Shown: positions 23,512-35,935, counted from the whole stretch's first letter. The stretch is 58,860 nucleotides of DNA, filler included, from Sphacelaria rigidula (GCA_964200075.2; 8 parts of 8 records of this genome joined end to end with filler, not necessarily neighbours in it), one strand, 5' to 3'. The notes: generated by a model not told the origin, from the sequence alone. A program made the numbers and translations.

Positions 23512-23865
23512 CTGGAGCACGTGAAGTAAGGGAGAACAATCAAGCACCCGATGAGGTTTACGTAGGTTACACAGTGGTGGCTCAATACGGCAACGAGATC
23601 TTGCAGTCGTGTATCCCAGAGACACGTGATGCAGAATCGTTGAGCCAACAATCCTCGACACCACCATCTTTGATGGTCATACATCTCAAACGAAGATGGA
23701 CTGCAACGTAACCTTGACAGGGGTTGAAGTATAGCATGGGAAGAAGTAAATAACCCAGATGGCAGCATTAAAAAAAATGTCAAATTTGGACCGCAAACTG
23801 CGACGCACTTCAGCTACCAGGCAGGATGAACGCGACGATTAGTACATAGCTAGACATGCGTGTAC

Positions 23866-24011
23866 CTTGCCATCATCCGCCTTCTGCGGCGGGCCTGGAT
23901 TCCCCGTGTGGCATTCTTGAAGGTGCAGTGCTGCAGCTTCCACGCCATGAAACACGTCTTCTTCATGGTGCTCACAAATTTCGACAGCGCCTTCGCCACT
24001 TTTTTTTTGGC
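23866..24011 (-). CDS. Exon 5 of the LRR-IQ-Sfi1-like gene (AKKKVAKALSKF...CFMAWK...ATRGIQARRRRRMMAR)
   Basis: AAG| and AG|GTACAC boundaries. Contains an IQ-like motif and a FxxW motif. Confidence 0.7.
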
Positions 24012-24565
24012 CTTCCAAAAGTGTGTAAATCATGTTGCATTACGGTTGATGAGGTTTCGAAGAGAGAGCTGACGACAGAAGAAATCAGCGACGATCACTC
24101 CCGCTGAACGTCAGTGCCCCCTGCTGTAACAGCGATGATTACGCGACGCATCCTTCTTTTCGACGTTATCAAGTGTCAGGTTCCATTAACTGTTGAAATG
24201 ATTCTCTGCTCCTCCACCAATCGCCTCACACAACGTACCGAAGATTCTATTCTGCGGTGACAGACCCATCGAAGGGAGCGAACGATTCATTGCTACAGCA
24301 CATAGTACCCCACTACTTGGACATATCTCTCGGAGTCCGTGCAACCCATGCTGCTCTTGACCGTGGATAGAGAGTAATGTATATACAACCGCTGCCGCTC
24401 TAGCAAAAACGTGATGTCCGAGAAATGCTGACCGGATCTCGCGAAACGTGTGACACTCGGGAAGCCAAACCTCATGTTTTAGTCGAACACGTATACGGGC
24501 TACAACGCAATGCACAAGATGCTTCATGAGGATCAACGCACGTACCCTGTGCTGTGTTCATTCAC

Positions 24566-24679
24566 CTCGAGACGTCGACGTGCTCGTTGCTTCAGGGCTT
24601 CAACAAACTTCGTCTGCATCACGTGGTCATGTTGCGTCACTGCTCGGTCGTGAGACAGCTGCAGTAGGCCTCGTATGAC
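24566..24679 (-). CDS. Exon 4 of the LRR-IQ-Sfi1-like gene (VIRGLLQLSHDRAV...KQRARRRLE)
   Basis: CTAG| and GAG|GTGAAT boundaries; 114 nt open, phase 0/0. Confidence 0.65.
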
Positions 24680-25066
24680 CTAGTTACGGACAGCGGAGGT
24701 AGCACCCGCACGCCACCCACGTGCACATCACCAGTACTCACGTTCAGTCCAGTATCAAAACGAAAAAACGTCGAAGCTCAACTTTTCATAATATCAAAAC
24801 TCTTGCACCACACCCTCAGATCCCCTAAACATTTGAATGTGTGCAATACTGCAGCAACTGTTGTGCTTTTTATAATATTTACTGTAGTGTATATGCTTTG
24901 GAGTAGTCTACACGTGATATTCCCCGAATTTGCTGAGTTCACATTGCAATAGTGAGTAGCAATATAATGTCTACGACATAGGAAATTTCAAATTGAATTG
25001 CCCGAGAGCAATGCAACTCAGACACGACATGCACGTACGACTGCGCGTCGTGCATAATTCACACAC

Positions 25067-25342
25067 TTTCTTCTCCGTAGGATGTCGGTGTAGCGCGAAC
25101 CAGCCAGTTTCCATTAGCTTTCGCTTCGCAAATGTATCGGCGCGGGATGTAAGTAGACGAGCCGTTACCGCGGCAGCGCCGGCGGCTTTCATGTTTCGTA
25201 AGACTCTGCGCTGCGTGGATGAAACGGCCACGGTATCCGCCCTGATTTTGGCTTCCCGGCTCCATTTACTGATGACCACCGCCTCGCAAAGCTGGTTCAA
25301 ATTGCGTCTAAGTATACGCGGGCGATTGCGCCTATCGAATAC
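25067..25342 (-). CDS. Exon 3 of the LRR-IQ-Sfi1-like gene (VFDRRNRPRILRR...ETGWFALHRHPTEKK)
   Basis: Pyrimidine tract plus GAAG|, donor AAA|GTGTGT; 276 nt, phase 0/0. Confidence 0.65.
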
Positions 25343-25828
25343 CTTCAACGGAGACACAAATAGGTGGGTACGTGGGTGGACAATACCAAGGCATGCTTGT
25401 GGTAGGTGAGGGAGACAACTGAAACGTGTGGAAGCGTGGACCAGATTCTCAAACGCATCAAAGTCGTTGTAGCCTTGGCGAGCTGTGTGAAGATGCCTCC
25501 CTAAAGGGCGCAACGCCAGAGAAGTGAACGCTTCGCACAGGAATCAAGTGTTTTCAAGTGGGTCAACTGGTGTCCGCGAGACATGGACAAGATCAATGAA
25601 CCACAAAACCCGTGGCAAGGGAGCACCCCGCGAAAAGCGAGGGTTCCACCAGTGACGCAGTAGCCCAGAGCTTTCCTTGAGAACGATTTCACCCTTGTCC
25701 CCACAGTAGAAATAATAACGTATTCCAATTATAGAGCGGAAATACCATATTGCAAAGAACAGATTGTGCCCATTGAGTCAACATTGTCCCTCTTCTATGA
25801 TCGCATGAGTCCTGCCCGAGAAACCAAC

Positions 25829-26416
25829 CTTGTAACGCCGTCTGAGGTCCACCAGATCCGCGTTGAGACTGATGAAAGCCTCCCATGCTTTTGTCTGCGC
25901 ACATCGGCGGTGGTACACTAGTGCAATCCGTGCCCTGGCCTTTTGCGGTGAAGAATTCTCGAACTCTAACGGTAGCATGAATAGCAGCGCCGCAATGGAC
26001 TTCTCTCTTCGCATAACGATGCGGCGGACATTACTTCGCCACAACCGAAAAAGAGACTCTCTCTGTCTCTCCCTACGCCATTTGTCGGCCCTATCACGTT
26101 CTACGGCAGCTTTGGCCATGAAGGGATTCATATATCGGACCCAGCCCCTGAAGCACATCTTCATCAACATGTGCTCAAAGAACAGTTCTCCCCGCTCGGC
26201 AAGCTCGATCGCATCGGCAATCTCTTCTACTACTGAGGCGCGCCAATCCCGAACCATCCGGAGGAGGAGTGCTCGGTCGCCGTGGCGGGCGGCGCGGCGC
26301 CATGTGATGGACTCCAGCGTACGGCGGCGCCACTTGAACACAGAAATCATCAGCCGTGCGCGCCGCATGGCGCGGTGGTGCGCCCTGCGGATTGCGAGGT
26401 AGATGTGGACCATCGA
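25829..26416 (-). CDS. Exon 2 of the LRR-IQ-Sfi1-like gene, basic helical repeats with periodic Trp
   Basis: CCCCTCAG| and AAG|GTTGGT boundaries; 588 nt. Motifs VFKWR, MVRDWR, CFRGWV, LFRLWR and KAWEAF. The junction with exon 1 gives the IQ-like AAMIVQ|SMVHIYLAIR. Confidence 0.8.
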
Positions 26417-26740
26417 CTGAGGGGTGCAAGTAGTGCAATGTAATTCATTGACAAGTGAGAAACACGACGGATTCGGGGATAGGTGCGTGAACAACGTATA
26501 TGGTGTGGTGTCAGCACGAAGGCATGGACCAAGGAACGCTGAATGTACGGAAGTCAACTGTTTGTGCGACAGCTAAGCAGCGCACTAAACTCCGATAAGT
26601 CGTGTTGCAATCCAATCAGTCATCGAAAGAGCTTTTTAAGCCATCGTGAAAGTCGAACCACGCGCTAACACAGGACAGCATAGTCATCGGGGTACGCTCG
26701 ACTGATACGACTGCAGGTTCCTGGATCGAATGCGAGACAC

Positions 26741-28969
26741 CTGAACAATCATCGCCGCCCTGATAATCACGTCCTGCTCCCGTGCGGCCTTTTGCTGCTC
26801 TTTGTTCTTGATTCTGTAGCGCCGGAATGCGTGCTGCACTATCGTCGCCTTCAGATTCTCTGTGCGCGCTAAGTGGGCTACCCCCTCGCGTGCGCGACAA
26901 TCTGCGGCGTTCCCGCAACAAGTGAGACCGTCGAAGCCATCAACTGCAACAGTGGCACAACTCAAACGAAGTTTGAGTGCCGCCTGTTGCGCTAGGCTTT
27001 CGATATTTCCTGCGCTGACACGCTCACAACCGGTAAGGTCCAGCCGTCTCAGTGCTGACAAGGCCTTTATTGCCCTTGTGAGACCGCCCGTAGTAATCCT
27101 TGAGCACCGTGACAAGTCAAGCGTGGCCAGAGCGCTTCTGTTTTGTTCAATCACGGCACACATGGCGCCATCTCTCAGGTCGGGATGATCGGCCAGTTTC
27201 AGATGTCGAAGGGCCTGAAAATCGGTTGCACTTTTCAGCGCACTTGTTGCTCTCTCTTGCTCATCATTATTGCTGTGGCATTTGTCATCGCCACCACCAC
27301 CATGACCACCACCGGCAAAGATGTCACGACAGCCGGACAGCCCTAGAGTCTCTAACCCACGCAACCTGCGCAAGGCAGGAAACGAGGTCCCAGAAAAGCG
27401 CATACAGTAACTCACATCCAAGTCCGTGAGGCGGAGGCACCTCCGCCCTATCAGTCGTACGCCTTCATCGCTCACCATTCCGAGGTGCGTCGCTTGGAGC
27501 ACGGTGAGAGAGGTAAGACCTTTGGAGAGATACCCCAATCCTCGATCTGTAACGCTGACATTCCGATCAAGGCGCAATTGTCGCAGGCTTCGAGCGTTCT
27601 TCGCGATGCACTTGAGGGACACGTCTGTGACCTTCGTGCACCCTGTTAAGCTGAGATGTGTGAGTAGCCGCTTGGGCTGATCAGAGAAGAATTGTCTGAT
27701 ACCTTGGTCGCTGACACGTTGCAAAGAGTCTAGTCGGAGATCCGCCAATTCGCCGAGACCCCCCACTTTTCCCATGGCCTCATCACCGCCGATCAAAGGG
27801 CATGCTTCTACTTCAAGGATACGCAAACGAGGACACACCGCCGTCAGTACCATGATGAATTTGTCGGATACGTAAGTGTTAGAGCCAATGCGGAATGTCG
27901 CAAGCTCCGCGCAATTGTAGTGTCGCCGCATTCCCCACGGAACCACCGTCTCGTGCATGTAGCTTAACCCTTTTTCCGTGAGGCTACTGCACCCTTTGAT
28001 GGACAAGGATGTGAGATTCGTCGCGCTCGTGAAAAGGTGGCGAGCAGCTTCGTCTGTAACTTCGCAGCAGCCATCGAGGGCAACTTCTTCGAGACCATGC
28101 AGGGCACCCATCGCGAACACAGACCTGTCTCTAACGTTTGGACATCCGCTTAGGTCTAGAGACCTGAGGTAGATGCAGTTCTTGGCCAATATCTCGATTC
28201 CATCATCCGTCACGTTTTCACACCCCGGTATGCGCAAGGCAGACAAGCGCGCGCCCTTTTTACGAGCCAGAACCCGCACGGCCGCATCTGTTACACGAGG
28301 ACATTGGGCAGCGGTGATACGCGTGATCGACGGGCACTCGCCCGCCAGCGTCGCAAACCACGTAACATCAATCACGGAGGAGTACGACACATCTATTTCC
28401 TTCACGACGGACCCAAAGTGCCGAGCAACCAACTGCCGCAGATGAGATGCCTCTCGTCTAACTCCACGCAGCGTCAGCTTGGAGAATGTCGGATTACGAC
28501 TCAAAAGATCCTCCGCCGTTGTCCTGCTGAGCTGGTGTTGCCACACGCTCAAGTCTATCATGTCCAGTGGATCGCTGCTGTAAAGCCTGAACACGACACT
28601 ATCAGGTATAGGATTTGGTATCTCGACCTCTTCGAGCTCGGATGGTGCACCATCGCCCGGTATGGCCGACGCCGAGATTCTACGCTCCCTCGGAACGTGG
28701 CGTTGTTCCGTGGAGAGGGCATCCATATCCACGAGGCCAGCTGTTGCTATGGCTGTGCCATCGTGGATTCCTTCGAGTGTACGCACGGGACGGTCTGATC
28801 CCCACGCCATCGCCGCAGGGATAGCTTCGACATTTTTCTTCTTTATTGACGTCGAATTGGGCAGCAAGGCATCGTGCTTCGATGATTCAGGACGGCGTCG
28901 CTTCTTTCTCCGCATCGTGTCTGCTCTCGGCTGCAGGAGTCTCGGGGTAGTCGCTTGAATGTCGAGCAT
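26741..28969 (-). CDS. Exon 1 of the gene: cysteine-containing (FBXL/AMN1-type) leucine-rich repeat solenoid followed by IQ motifs
   Basis: ATG in CACC-ATG context. More than 12 repeats of the type LxxLxLxGCxxVTDxGL. C-terminal ATIVQHAFRRYR. Donor CAG|GTGTCT. Confidence 0.9.
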
Positions 28970-29382
28970 GGTGCTCGTCGTCGACTTGAGAGCGTTTGGA
29001 CCTAGCTTAAGGGCAGTCGATCTCGTTCAAAATCAGCATGGCATGTGTGAGCACCCACCGATACACGAATGCTCATGAATGCCACCTCGATACAACTCGA
29101 TAACCACAGAGTACAATGTAGCAATGTAGTGCAGAGTTTGTGGTGCACGCGGCCGCCTGGCGGCGAAACTGGTTGCGATTGGAACGCGGCGAAACTAGAA
29201 TAAAACAAAAAGTTCCCGACGTTTCAGGCTGTGTCTTATCGAGACGAAAAAAGAATCGAGAAACGAAACGAGCGTCCAAAAGCAACGCGTTGATCAAGGG
29301 GCCGTACAGACTGGAATACGCTATTCACCGCCCCAAATTCCCAAAAACCTCGTTCTGAGCGACGGGTTGGGGGGGGGGGGGG

Positions 29383-29482
29383 NNNNNNNNNNNNNNNNNN
29401 NNNNNNNNNNNNNNNNNNNNNNNNNNTTAATTAATTAANNNNNNNNNNNNNNNNNNNNNNNNNNNNNNNNNNNNNNNNNNNN
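29383..29482. other. Artificial contig spacer
   Basis: N44-TTAATTAATTAA-N44. Confidence 0.99.
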
Positions 29483-29592
29483 TCCACGGTGGAAATCATA
29501 CATTACGACGAAGAAACCCAACGCATCGGGAATCGAACCCCGTTCTCTCCACCCTAATGGCGGAATTCGGACCATTACACCACCGGGGCGCG
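29483..29592 (-). mobile_element. tRNA-SINE head at the contig start
   Basis: Minus strand reads GCCCCGGTGGTGTAATGG...TTAGGGTGGAGAGAACGGGGTTCGATTCCCG, with intact A and B boxes and a loose resemblance to tRNA-Pro. Confidence 0.8.
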
Positions 29593-29855
29593 GCGTAATA
29601 CAGGCGTCTTTGTGGTGGGGACACGGAGTTGATAGCACCAATCTACTAGGCGCAAAAGCGAACATGGATTCCACATATCCACGCAATGCATTATTGCGGT
29701 ACTGTTGTTTTATATGAACATCACCTGGTCACTAGACGCTCATTTGCTCCTCTTGCGCTGTTCATGCCCCCGCCCCTCCCCCCGTCTATCCTCTCATCTG
29801 CATGGAAAACATGTGCTCTCCTACGGCATCGCGACGAAGCCCTGGCACCCATCAG

Positions 29856-30464
29856 GCCGTGTTTCGATCATTAGACGTCGGGATGTCCTTGAACGATGCT
29901 TGTCTGGCGTGGGCATTGACGTGCCAAGATCAGGTATATTGGCAATACTCTCCGCGTCTCACCGCAGATGAAGCGTGTTTACCTTTGGGCGCACGGAGGA
30001 TCGCGTCCTTGTGTAGCCATGGTGACGGCAGCGGGGCAATGGCGGACGGCGAGATAAGTGACGAAATATTGGATGATAAATACTCCGGAGAGCTTGCCGC
30101 CGCAGGTACAAAGACGTTCAATGGATGGGAACTTGTTCACCATGACAACGAAACCTACCGTGGTGGACAAGGAGTATTTGGTGGCGTAGAAATTGGAACT
30201 TGCGGTGTATGTAATAAGGCGTGCTGTGAACGGGGTAGCCAGACGGCGTGTAGTTGCAGCAGCAAGGAACTAAAGCTCAAGGGTGGGACCGCCATTAAGC
30301 AGTGCGGGCGAGAGGAGCGGAGGCACATCCGGCGGCGCGAGGGTTTTCGAGGCTTTTTGTCAACTGGGTTTGCGGACGGAGCAGGTGAAAGGCTCGAAGA
30401 CCAAGAGGCGGGATATGCAACTTTTGTGAGATTCCTCGAGCGTGTGTTGGATCAGATGCCGTGA
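29856..30464 (+). CDS. Probable terminal exon of an unassigned gene with a Cys cluster (CGVCNKACC...CSC)
   Basis: In-frame acceptor CCATCAG|GCC. About 200 open codons with globular-protein composition, ending YATFVRFLERVLDQMP*. Confidence 0.6.
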   Translation, partial: AVFRSLDVGMSLNDACLAWALTCQDQVYWQYSPRLTADEACLPLGARRIASLCSHGDGSGAMADGEISDEILDDKYSGELAAAGTKTFNGWELVHHDNETYRGGQGVFGGVEIGTCGVCNKACCERGSQTACSCSSKELKLKGGTAIKQCGREERRHIRRREGFRGFLSTGFADGAGERLEDQEAGYATFVRFLERVLDQMP

Positions 30465-31206
30465 TGAGTCGCCTAGCCTCTGATTCAGCTCGCTGCGCTG
30501 CGTGTGGGGCACCGGGTGACGGAACGTGGGGGAATCTACGGCTGCAGTGTAAACCATCTCCCTACCCGGATAGTTGCACCCTCCGCTCGCCCTCGTCCGG
30601 GAACGTCAAGGAGCATCATAACATGTAAAATTCCGCAAATATCATCGCGGTCCGTTTCGGACAAATTTAGTCTGTGTGATTCGATTGTGCTATTTACAAA
30701 ATGAAGTCGTCCGAGATTCCTAGAAGCCAGCCGTCTAATGATGCGCGAATAATCCCAGTCTTGAATACTAAATACCTGCAGTTCACGTTTGAAGGCACTG
30801 ATGCTGGTACGTTGTCATCTGCATGTCCAGAACACGTCGTGCAGTTTAGATGTTTTCGATACGAAGTAATCCGCGCACAGCAAGCTGCGTATTTTTCTCT
30901 CTTCCGGTGTAGGTTTTGTTCCATGGCTGTCGGTGTGGCGTTCCGCTCAAAACGTTCGTATAATGGTTTTCAGTTGCCGTTTCAAATAAGATGTAGATAC
31001 GATTTGAAATCATTCCGCTGGGGTCGTGTTACATGTACAATGTTGTCCACATGAGCCGCTAAAAAAATTGTTAATGATTCAGCAGTTGCCGCTCTTCTTC
31101 TTGCTCTCAGCAGTGTGCAAACGAAAAACGCAGAATTTCTTCTTTTTCTTTTCCGACTATGGCGTTGGATGGTCTTCGAAAATACTCTCAGAGGAAGCAT
31201 GATGCA

Positions 31207-31481
31207 TCACAGTATCGCTTTGCCTGGCACGAAGCCGGTGCAACGTAACTTTGCTCCGCGGCCATCAAGTTCCCCCCCCTCGAATTCCAGTCTCAAAGCG
31301 TACAAGCCGCCGGTGATGGTTGATGCATACAACACGATTCTTCCTTCCCTGTGGTTTTCGCTACTCTTGGGTTCACTGCCGTTGTTCCCCACCGCGATGG
31401 CGTTCATTGCGGATCGGTGGTGCACGGCCAGCCCAGTATAGCCGCCGCACCCTGGGTTTGAGAAGTTCACCAGAAGCTTGC
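31207..31481 (-). CDS. WDR31: Last exon of a WDR31-like WD40 gene
   Basis: Acceptor TGCCAG|, phase 1. Reads GKLLVNFSNPGCGGYTGLAV...LYASTITGGLYALRL. Confidence 0.7.
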
Positions 31482-31605
31482 CTGGCAGTGATATGCGTAA
31501 ATTCGAAGGGGACGATCAGGTGGTGTTTCCTCCGAAATTCACAGGCTTGATGAATTGACACATGTCACTCTGCAATCCTCCCCCCCTCCCCCGCTTTTTA
31601 CGCAC

Positions 31606-31783
31606 CGGTCAATCGGTCGTACATCTTGATGGTCTCGTCCTTGGAAGCCGTCGCAATAGCTTTCGAGAAGTCGCATGTTGTACTGCCAAACCCCGCCGTT
31701 TCCGGCAGAAATACACAGGCCGTCGTGTCCTGCGTGTGGCCCGTGAACTCTCGCACTAGTAAGCTATTGCGTAGATCCCACAG
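31606..31783 (-). CDS. WDR31: Penultimate exon of the WDR31-like gene (not in the ORF track)
   Basis: TTTCGTCCAG| and G|GTGCGT boundaries. LWDLRNSLLVREFTGHTQDTTACVFLP...IATASKDETIKMYDRLT is a full WD40 repeat, resembling WDR31 as I recall it (LWDLR..GH...CVFLP..IATSSHD). Confidence 0.8.
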
Positions 31784-31911
31784 CTGGACGAAACGGAAAA
31801 TGTGCGGACGGCAAGGGTAGTGGGGGATGTATTTGGGGGTACCGAAGGACTGCTGCAGTACCTCAAGTTATAAAAAATGCAACCCCCGATATTCGGGAGG
31901 GGGGGGCGGGG

Positions 31912-32068
31912 CGTACTACACTCATTTGTTGCTTGCCTTGATCGTTTTATTATTAACCACGCATCCCTTCTGAGACGGAACACCACTCCTACTCCTAATA
32001 GAGACACCGTCAACATTTAGATGATTGGTACATTTCTTCCACACTACTCGAAAAACCGTTCATATCCC
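31912..32068 (-). mobile_element. Family B LINE 3' fragment in the WDR31-like intron
   Basis: CTCATTTGTTGCTTGCCTTG...CCACGCATCCCTTCTGAGACGG, next to a G-run at about 31895-31911. Confidence 0.8.
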
Positions 32069-32802
32069 AATTTTCGAATTGGTTGTTGTCTTAGGCTATT
32101 CCAGATCCGGCGTTGGATTTCTGCGACAGATGAACGAGTAGAACGTTTCGAGAACTTTTCAAAAAACAAACAAAACTTTTCGAGAACCGCTCGAAACATG
32201 ACCCCATTATCTGGAGTACAGGGTGGTACACTCAGCACAAGACAACTCTGCAGTGGTATATGAAGTGCAGGGTACTACACTGAACACCAGACAACACGGC
32301 AGTTCTGCAGTGTTTTCTAGTTTCAAAACCTGAAGACGGACTGTATATAGTATTACACCGTCACTACTGTACTCTCTGTGCTTGCAGAGTACAGCCTGTC
32401 CTCGGACAGGGGAAGGTGGACAGCATGCTATCACTTGTGGATACGAGCTGGGCCAGCCTAGACACGGATTCAAGCTCTCAAAGCAATATCTCGTGGACAC
32501 CGACGAGTTGGGCCATGATCCGCATATTGTATTAATCTTCCAACCAAGGGGAAGGTGCCCATCTGCTCGAAATTTTGGGCCCATATTTTCTCGTTGATTA
32601 AACCCCATTTCTAGTAATTCCTATACCTAAGGGAGATAGCGTCCATACTAAAATCTCTATGGAATCCCCGATCGATGCATTCAGCGAGTGACGACGAATC
32701 TTGATGTGGACATTCCCTGGAGCACGGGGAGACGATTGATACCCTCACCTTCACCTAATTCGTAATCTATCTGAAGATTTGGCGCACATAACACAGGTGG
32801 CA

Positions 32803-32885
32803 ACTGGGGTGCCTGCAACCTCAAATTTGGACGTACCTTGTGCAACGTCTGTACCGTCCAACTTTGAGGTTGCAGGCACCCCAGT
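32803..32885. repeat. Hairpin with ~33-bp arms
   Basis: ACTGGGGTGCCTGCAACCTCAAATTTGGACG versus CGTCCAACTTTGAGGTTGCAGGCACCCCAGT. Confidence 0.85.
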
Positions 32886-33454
32886 GGCCATCCGTGATGT
32901 TTCCATACTAAAATCAGTATATTACGGGCAGATGCGCTAGATTAGCTGAACCTGGATATCGCGTCTCAGTTTTTGAGAGCTATGCTAAAAATTTCGTATG
33001 GAGAACCGATAGTGCATAATGAAGCTTATAGGCACAGCTTTTTCAATATTTTCTTCATTTTTTTCGGGTTTTTGGGGCAGTTTTGAGGAGAAACGAACAC
33101 TGCTTTGGGCCTTATCTCAATTTTTTAGCTCAATTTTTAGAATTGTAATTTGAAACTCAGCGTGGGGGACCACAGAGGTATCCAAAAAATAAAAAATGAG
33201 GGGGCCTTCCTTTTTTAATTTTGGAGAGGTTCAGGCATTCTCGTGAAAAAATGGTTATTACCAGACTTAAACGTCCTAAACCAATGAAGAGAAAAACAAA
33301 ACAAAAAAAAAACTCACCCACTATGTTTTGTTGATTATGCCCCAGCCACGCCCCACACAAAGTTTTAATACACAAACACCAAACGTGGGCCGGTAAACGG
33401 CCTGTAAAATACAGTTTCAAATTTCTTCTGACACTGTCACTAAACGGCCCACTA

Positions 33455-33703
33455 TACGGCCAATACTTGGAGTTGGAACCTGAAATTTGGTATGGACAAT
33501 GTGTAGGGTAAAATAAAAAAATTACCTGTGCACACAAGGCTTTTTTTTTCATGAGTTAAGGGCAATAATCAGTTTTCAGATATCGGTGAAATGCCCCTAA
33601 CTCATGGGAAAAAAAAACATTGTGTGCACCAGTAAGTTTTTTTATTATGCCCTACTCATTGTTCATACCAAATTTCAGGGTCCAACGCCAAGTATTGGCC
33701 GTA
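33455..33703. repeat. Long imperfect inverted repeat (~110-bp arms), MITE or fold-back core
   Basis: TACGGCCAATACTTGG..TGAAATTTGGTATG..GTGCACACAA..CATGAGTTA mirrored by TAACTCATG..TTGTGTGCAC..CATACCAAATTTCA..CCAAGTATTGGCCGTA. Confidence 0.85.
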
Positions 33704-34139
33704 CAATCGGCCTGCAAACTCCAGAATCGCTTCTCGGCTGGCCACTGCAGTTGCTGGGTATCTTTTATTTGTTATTTTTCGTCGGTGAAAACTTGCACGT
33801 TTTCTATCATGATGGCCATCAGCGACAGAACTGCGTAATACAGTGGGCAACCGAGCTGCGTGCACGCTCATGGATAGTGCAGTCTGTACAAAGCTGCACG
33901 TTGCTGACGTCCTCTTCACGTCGCATTGTAAGCAGGAAGGACTGAGAGTCGTGGGCTCTCTGCACTGCATGTTGCCTGCTTCTCCTTCATATCCTCCTGA
34001 ACAAAACACGCACACACGCACTCAAGACACCCTGCTTGCAAGCGCTGCAGACAGTACAGACCCTGTGTGTATTGCACACGAGTGACCATGTGTCGCGTCA
34101 CGAATTTCAGGCACAGGACCCATGAATAGGGATCATTTA

Positions 34140-34664
34140 ATTTACAACTATTTGCGCGAAGGGCGATCATGTCCGAGCGTTCAACATCGGCACCCTGCAA
34201 ACAGTGAGGGCCTGTTTAAAATCAGCCGAAGAACTAAAACATGGGACATGTCTTGTCTCACTGTACTGCAGCACAAACACACTCACTTCCGCTCTCACAT
34301 GCTGTAGCTATCACTGTTCTGGGGGGTGTTTAGACCTTACGAAGACGGTTTGGTCTCCGCTGAGATTGAGCGTACACACAACAGTCTTTGCTTGACAGCT
34401 TTATTTTACAACTATTTGCGCGAAGGGCGATCATGTCCGAGCGTTCAACATCGGCACCATGCCAATAGTGAGGGCCCGTTTAAAATCAGCCGAAGGACGA
34501 AAACATGGGACGTGTCTTGTCTCACTGTACTGCAGCACAAACACACTCACTTCCGCTCTCATGTGTTGCAGCTATCACCGTTCTGGGGTGTGTTTAGACC
34601 TTGCGAAGACGGTTTTGGTCTCCGCTGAGATTGAGCGTACACACAACAGTCTTTGTTTGACAGC
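34140..34664. repeat. Direct tandem duplication of ~262 bp
   Basis: TTTACAACTATTTGCGCGAAGGGCGATC...CTTTG(C/T)TTGACAGC occurs at about 34140-34399 and 34404-34664. Confidence 0.95.
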
Positions 34665-35022
34665 AAATCGAGCCGTAGCTGCTCATCAGCTGTGCACGTT
34701 GTGCGTGACCTTGCTCACATCTGTTCGGAATTCATTGAGAAATAAATGATGATTTGTGTGAGACGCGCGCGCAGCACACGCTCTCAAAGCGGTCAGCAAC
34801 GGCACGTTTTCGGTTGTTCTTGAAACGCCTGCAGCCGCTATCCGTCCAATACAGAACGGATTTCTGTCAAACAAAGACTGCCGTGTGTAGATCAGCAAGG
34901 GCTCGCAGTGAAAACTAATGCACGTGAGTGGTGGGTATCTGTGCTTGTTTTTTCGAGGCTGGGTGTGTAAGTGTTGTGTTGCCTTGTTGTGTCTTGTCTG
35001 CAGCATTACAGACAAAGACCTT

Positions 35023-35355
35023 CACACGCGGCCACTTGGCTACACCCCAAAATGCCCCCGGAGGGATGGTCGGCCCTCCAGGGGCAAAACAAGTCTCCGG
35101 AGGCCTTCAACCCCTCTGGAGGAAACCACACTCTACCGACCCGAAGGGCCGCGCACCCCTCCGGAGGAATTTGGGGGTATGCGCGGCCCTCCAGAGGCAA
35201 AAATAAGCCTTCCGAGGCGTTTAATTCCTCTGGAGGAAACAAAAAAATCTCCTCTGGAGGGCCACGCACACCTCCGGAGGCGTTTGATTCCTCTGGAGGC
35301 TCGCAAAGTTTACCCGCCTGTTGGAATTTCGGAGAAAGCCAAATGGCCGCGTGTG
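35023..35355. mobile_element. CACTA/CMC-like MITE
   Basis: TIR CACACGCGGCCACTTGGCT / AGCCAAATGGCCGCGTGTG, with TT on both flanks (2-bp TSD) and an internal array of CCTC(C/T)(A/G)GAGG palindromes. Confidence 0.75.
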
Positions 35356-35531
35356 TTGCACCTGCTTGGACTAACCACCACTTTCAGACCCGCCGTGTTT
35401 CTGAACCTGCGTGCAGATCTGGGTTCCAATCTGTACAAAACTGCGTGTCGATAGGACTGGGGACTGGTCGTTATGAGGCCAATCCCCTGTCAAAAGGGGA
35501 TTGTGGAAAAGGGGATTATCCCCTTCATTAA

Positions 35532-35671
35532 CCCTTTGGGAACTAGACCCCCAGGGAGTGCTGATTTTTGTTTTGGTGAATCGGCATCACTTTCACTCAT
35601 TTTTCAAGTCGAACTGATGCCGATTCACAAAGATTCACAAAACAAGAATCAGCACTTGAGTTCCCAAAGGG
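35532..35671. mobile_element. piggyBac-like MITE, intact (140 bp)
   Basis: TTAA|CCCTTTGGGAACT...AGTTCCCAAAGGG|TTAA: perfect 13-bp TIR, TTAA TSD and internal inverted repeats. Confidence 0.9.
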
Positions 35672-35684
35672 TTAAAAAAGGCCC

Positions 35685-35935
35685 AAACGCTCCATTTCCT
35701 AGTGTATTCTAGCGATTTGTCTATCTGTTTCTGCGATCCTTCTGGTGTTCCTGAGATCCCCACAAAACCATCTGTGAACATCAATCCGGACACATTATCT
35801 TTATCCACCTTAGCTCCTTATTCCTTCTATTGCTCATATGAGGGCCATTGATCAATACCTGGAATAATGTGGGTGATAACGTGCATCCTTGTGCAACTCC
35901 TTGTCAAATTCCAATTTCATAAAGTGAATTTGATG
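35685..35935 (-). mobile_element. Degenerate non-LTR reverse transcriptase fragment (domains 4-5)
   Basis: The minus strand reads GVAQGCTLSPTLF...VSGLMFTDGFVGISGTPEGSQKQIDKSLEY across frameshifts, with a decayed FADD motif. Confidence 0.75.

Noticed and set aside
34918-35531. Overlapping 178-aa and 186-aa ORFs with repeats
   Set aside because: They are translations of the CACTA-like MITE's internal palindromic repeats.
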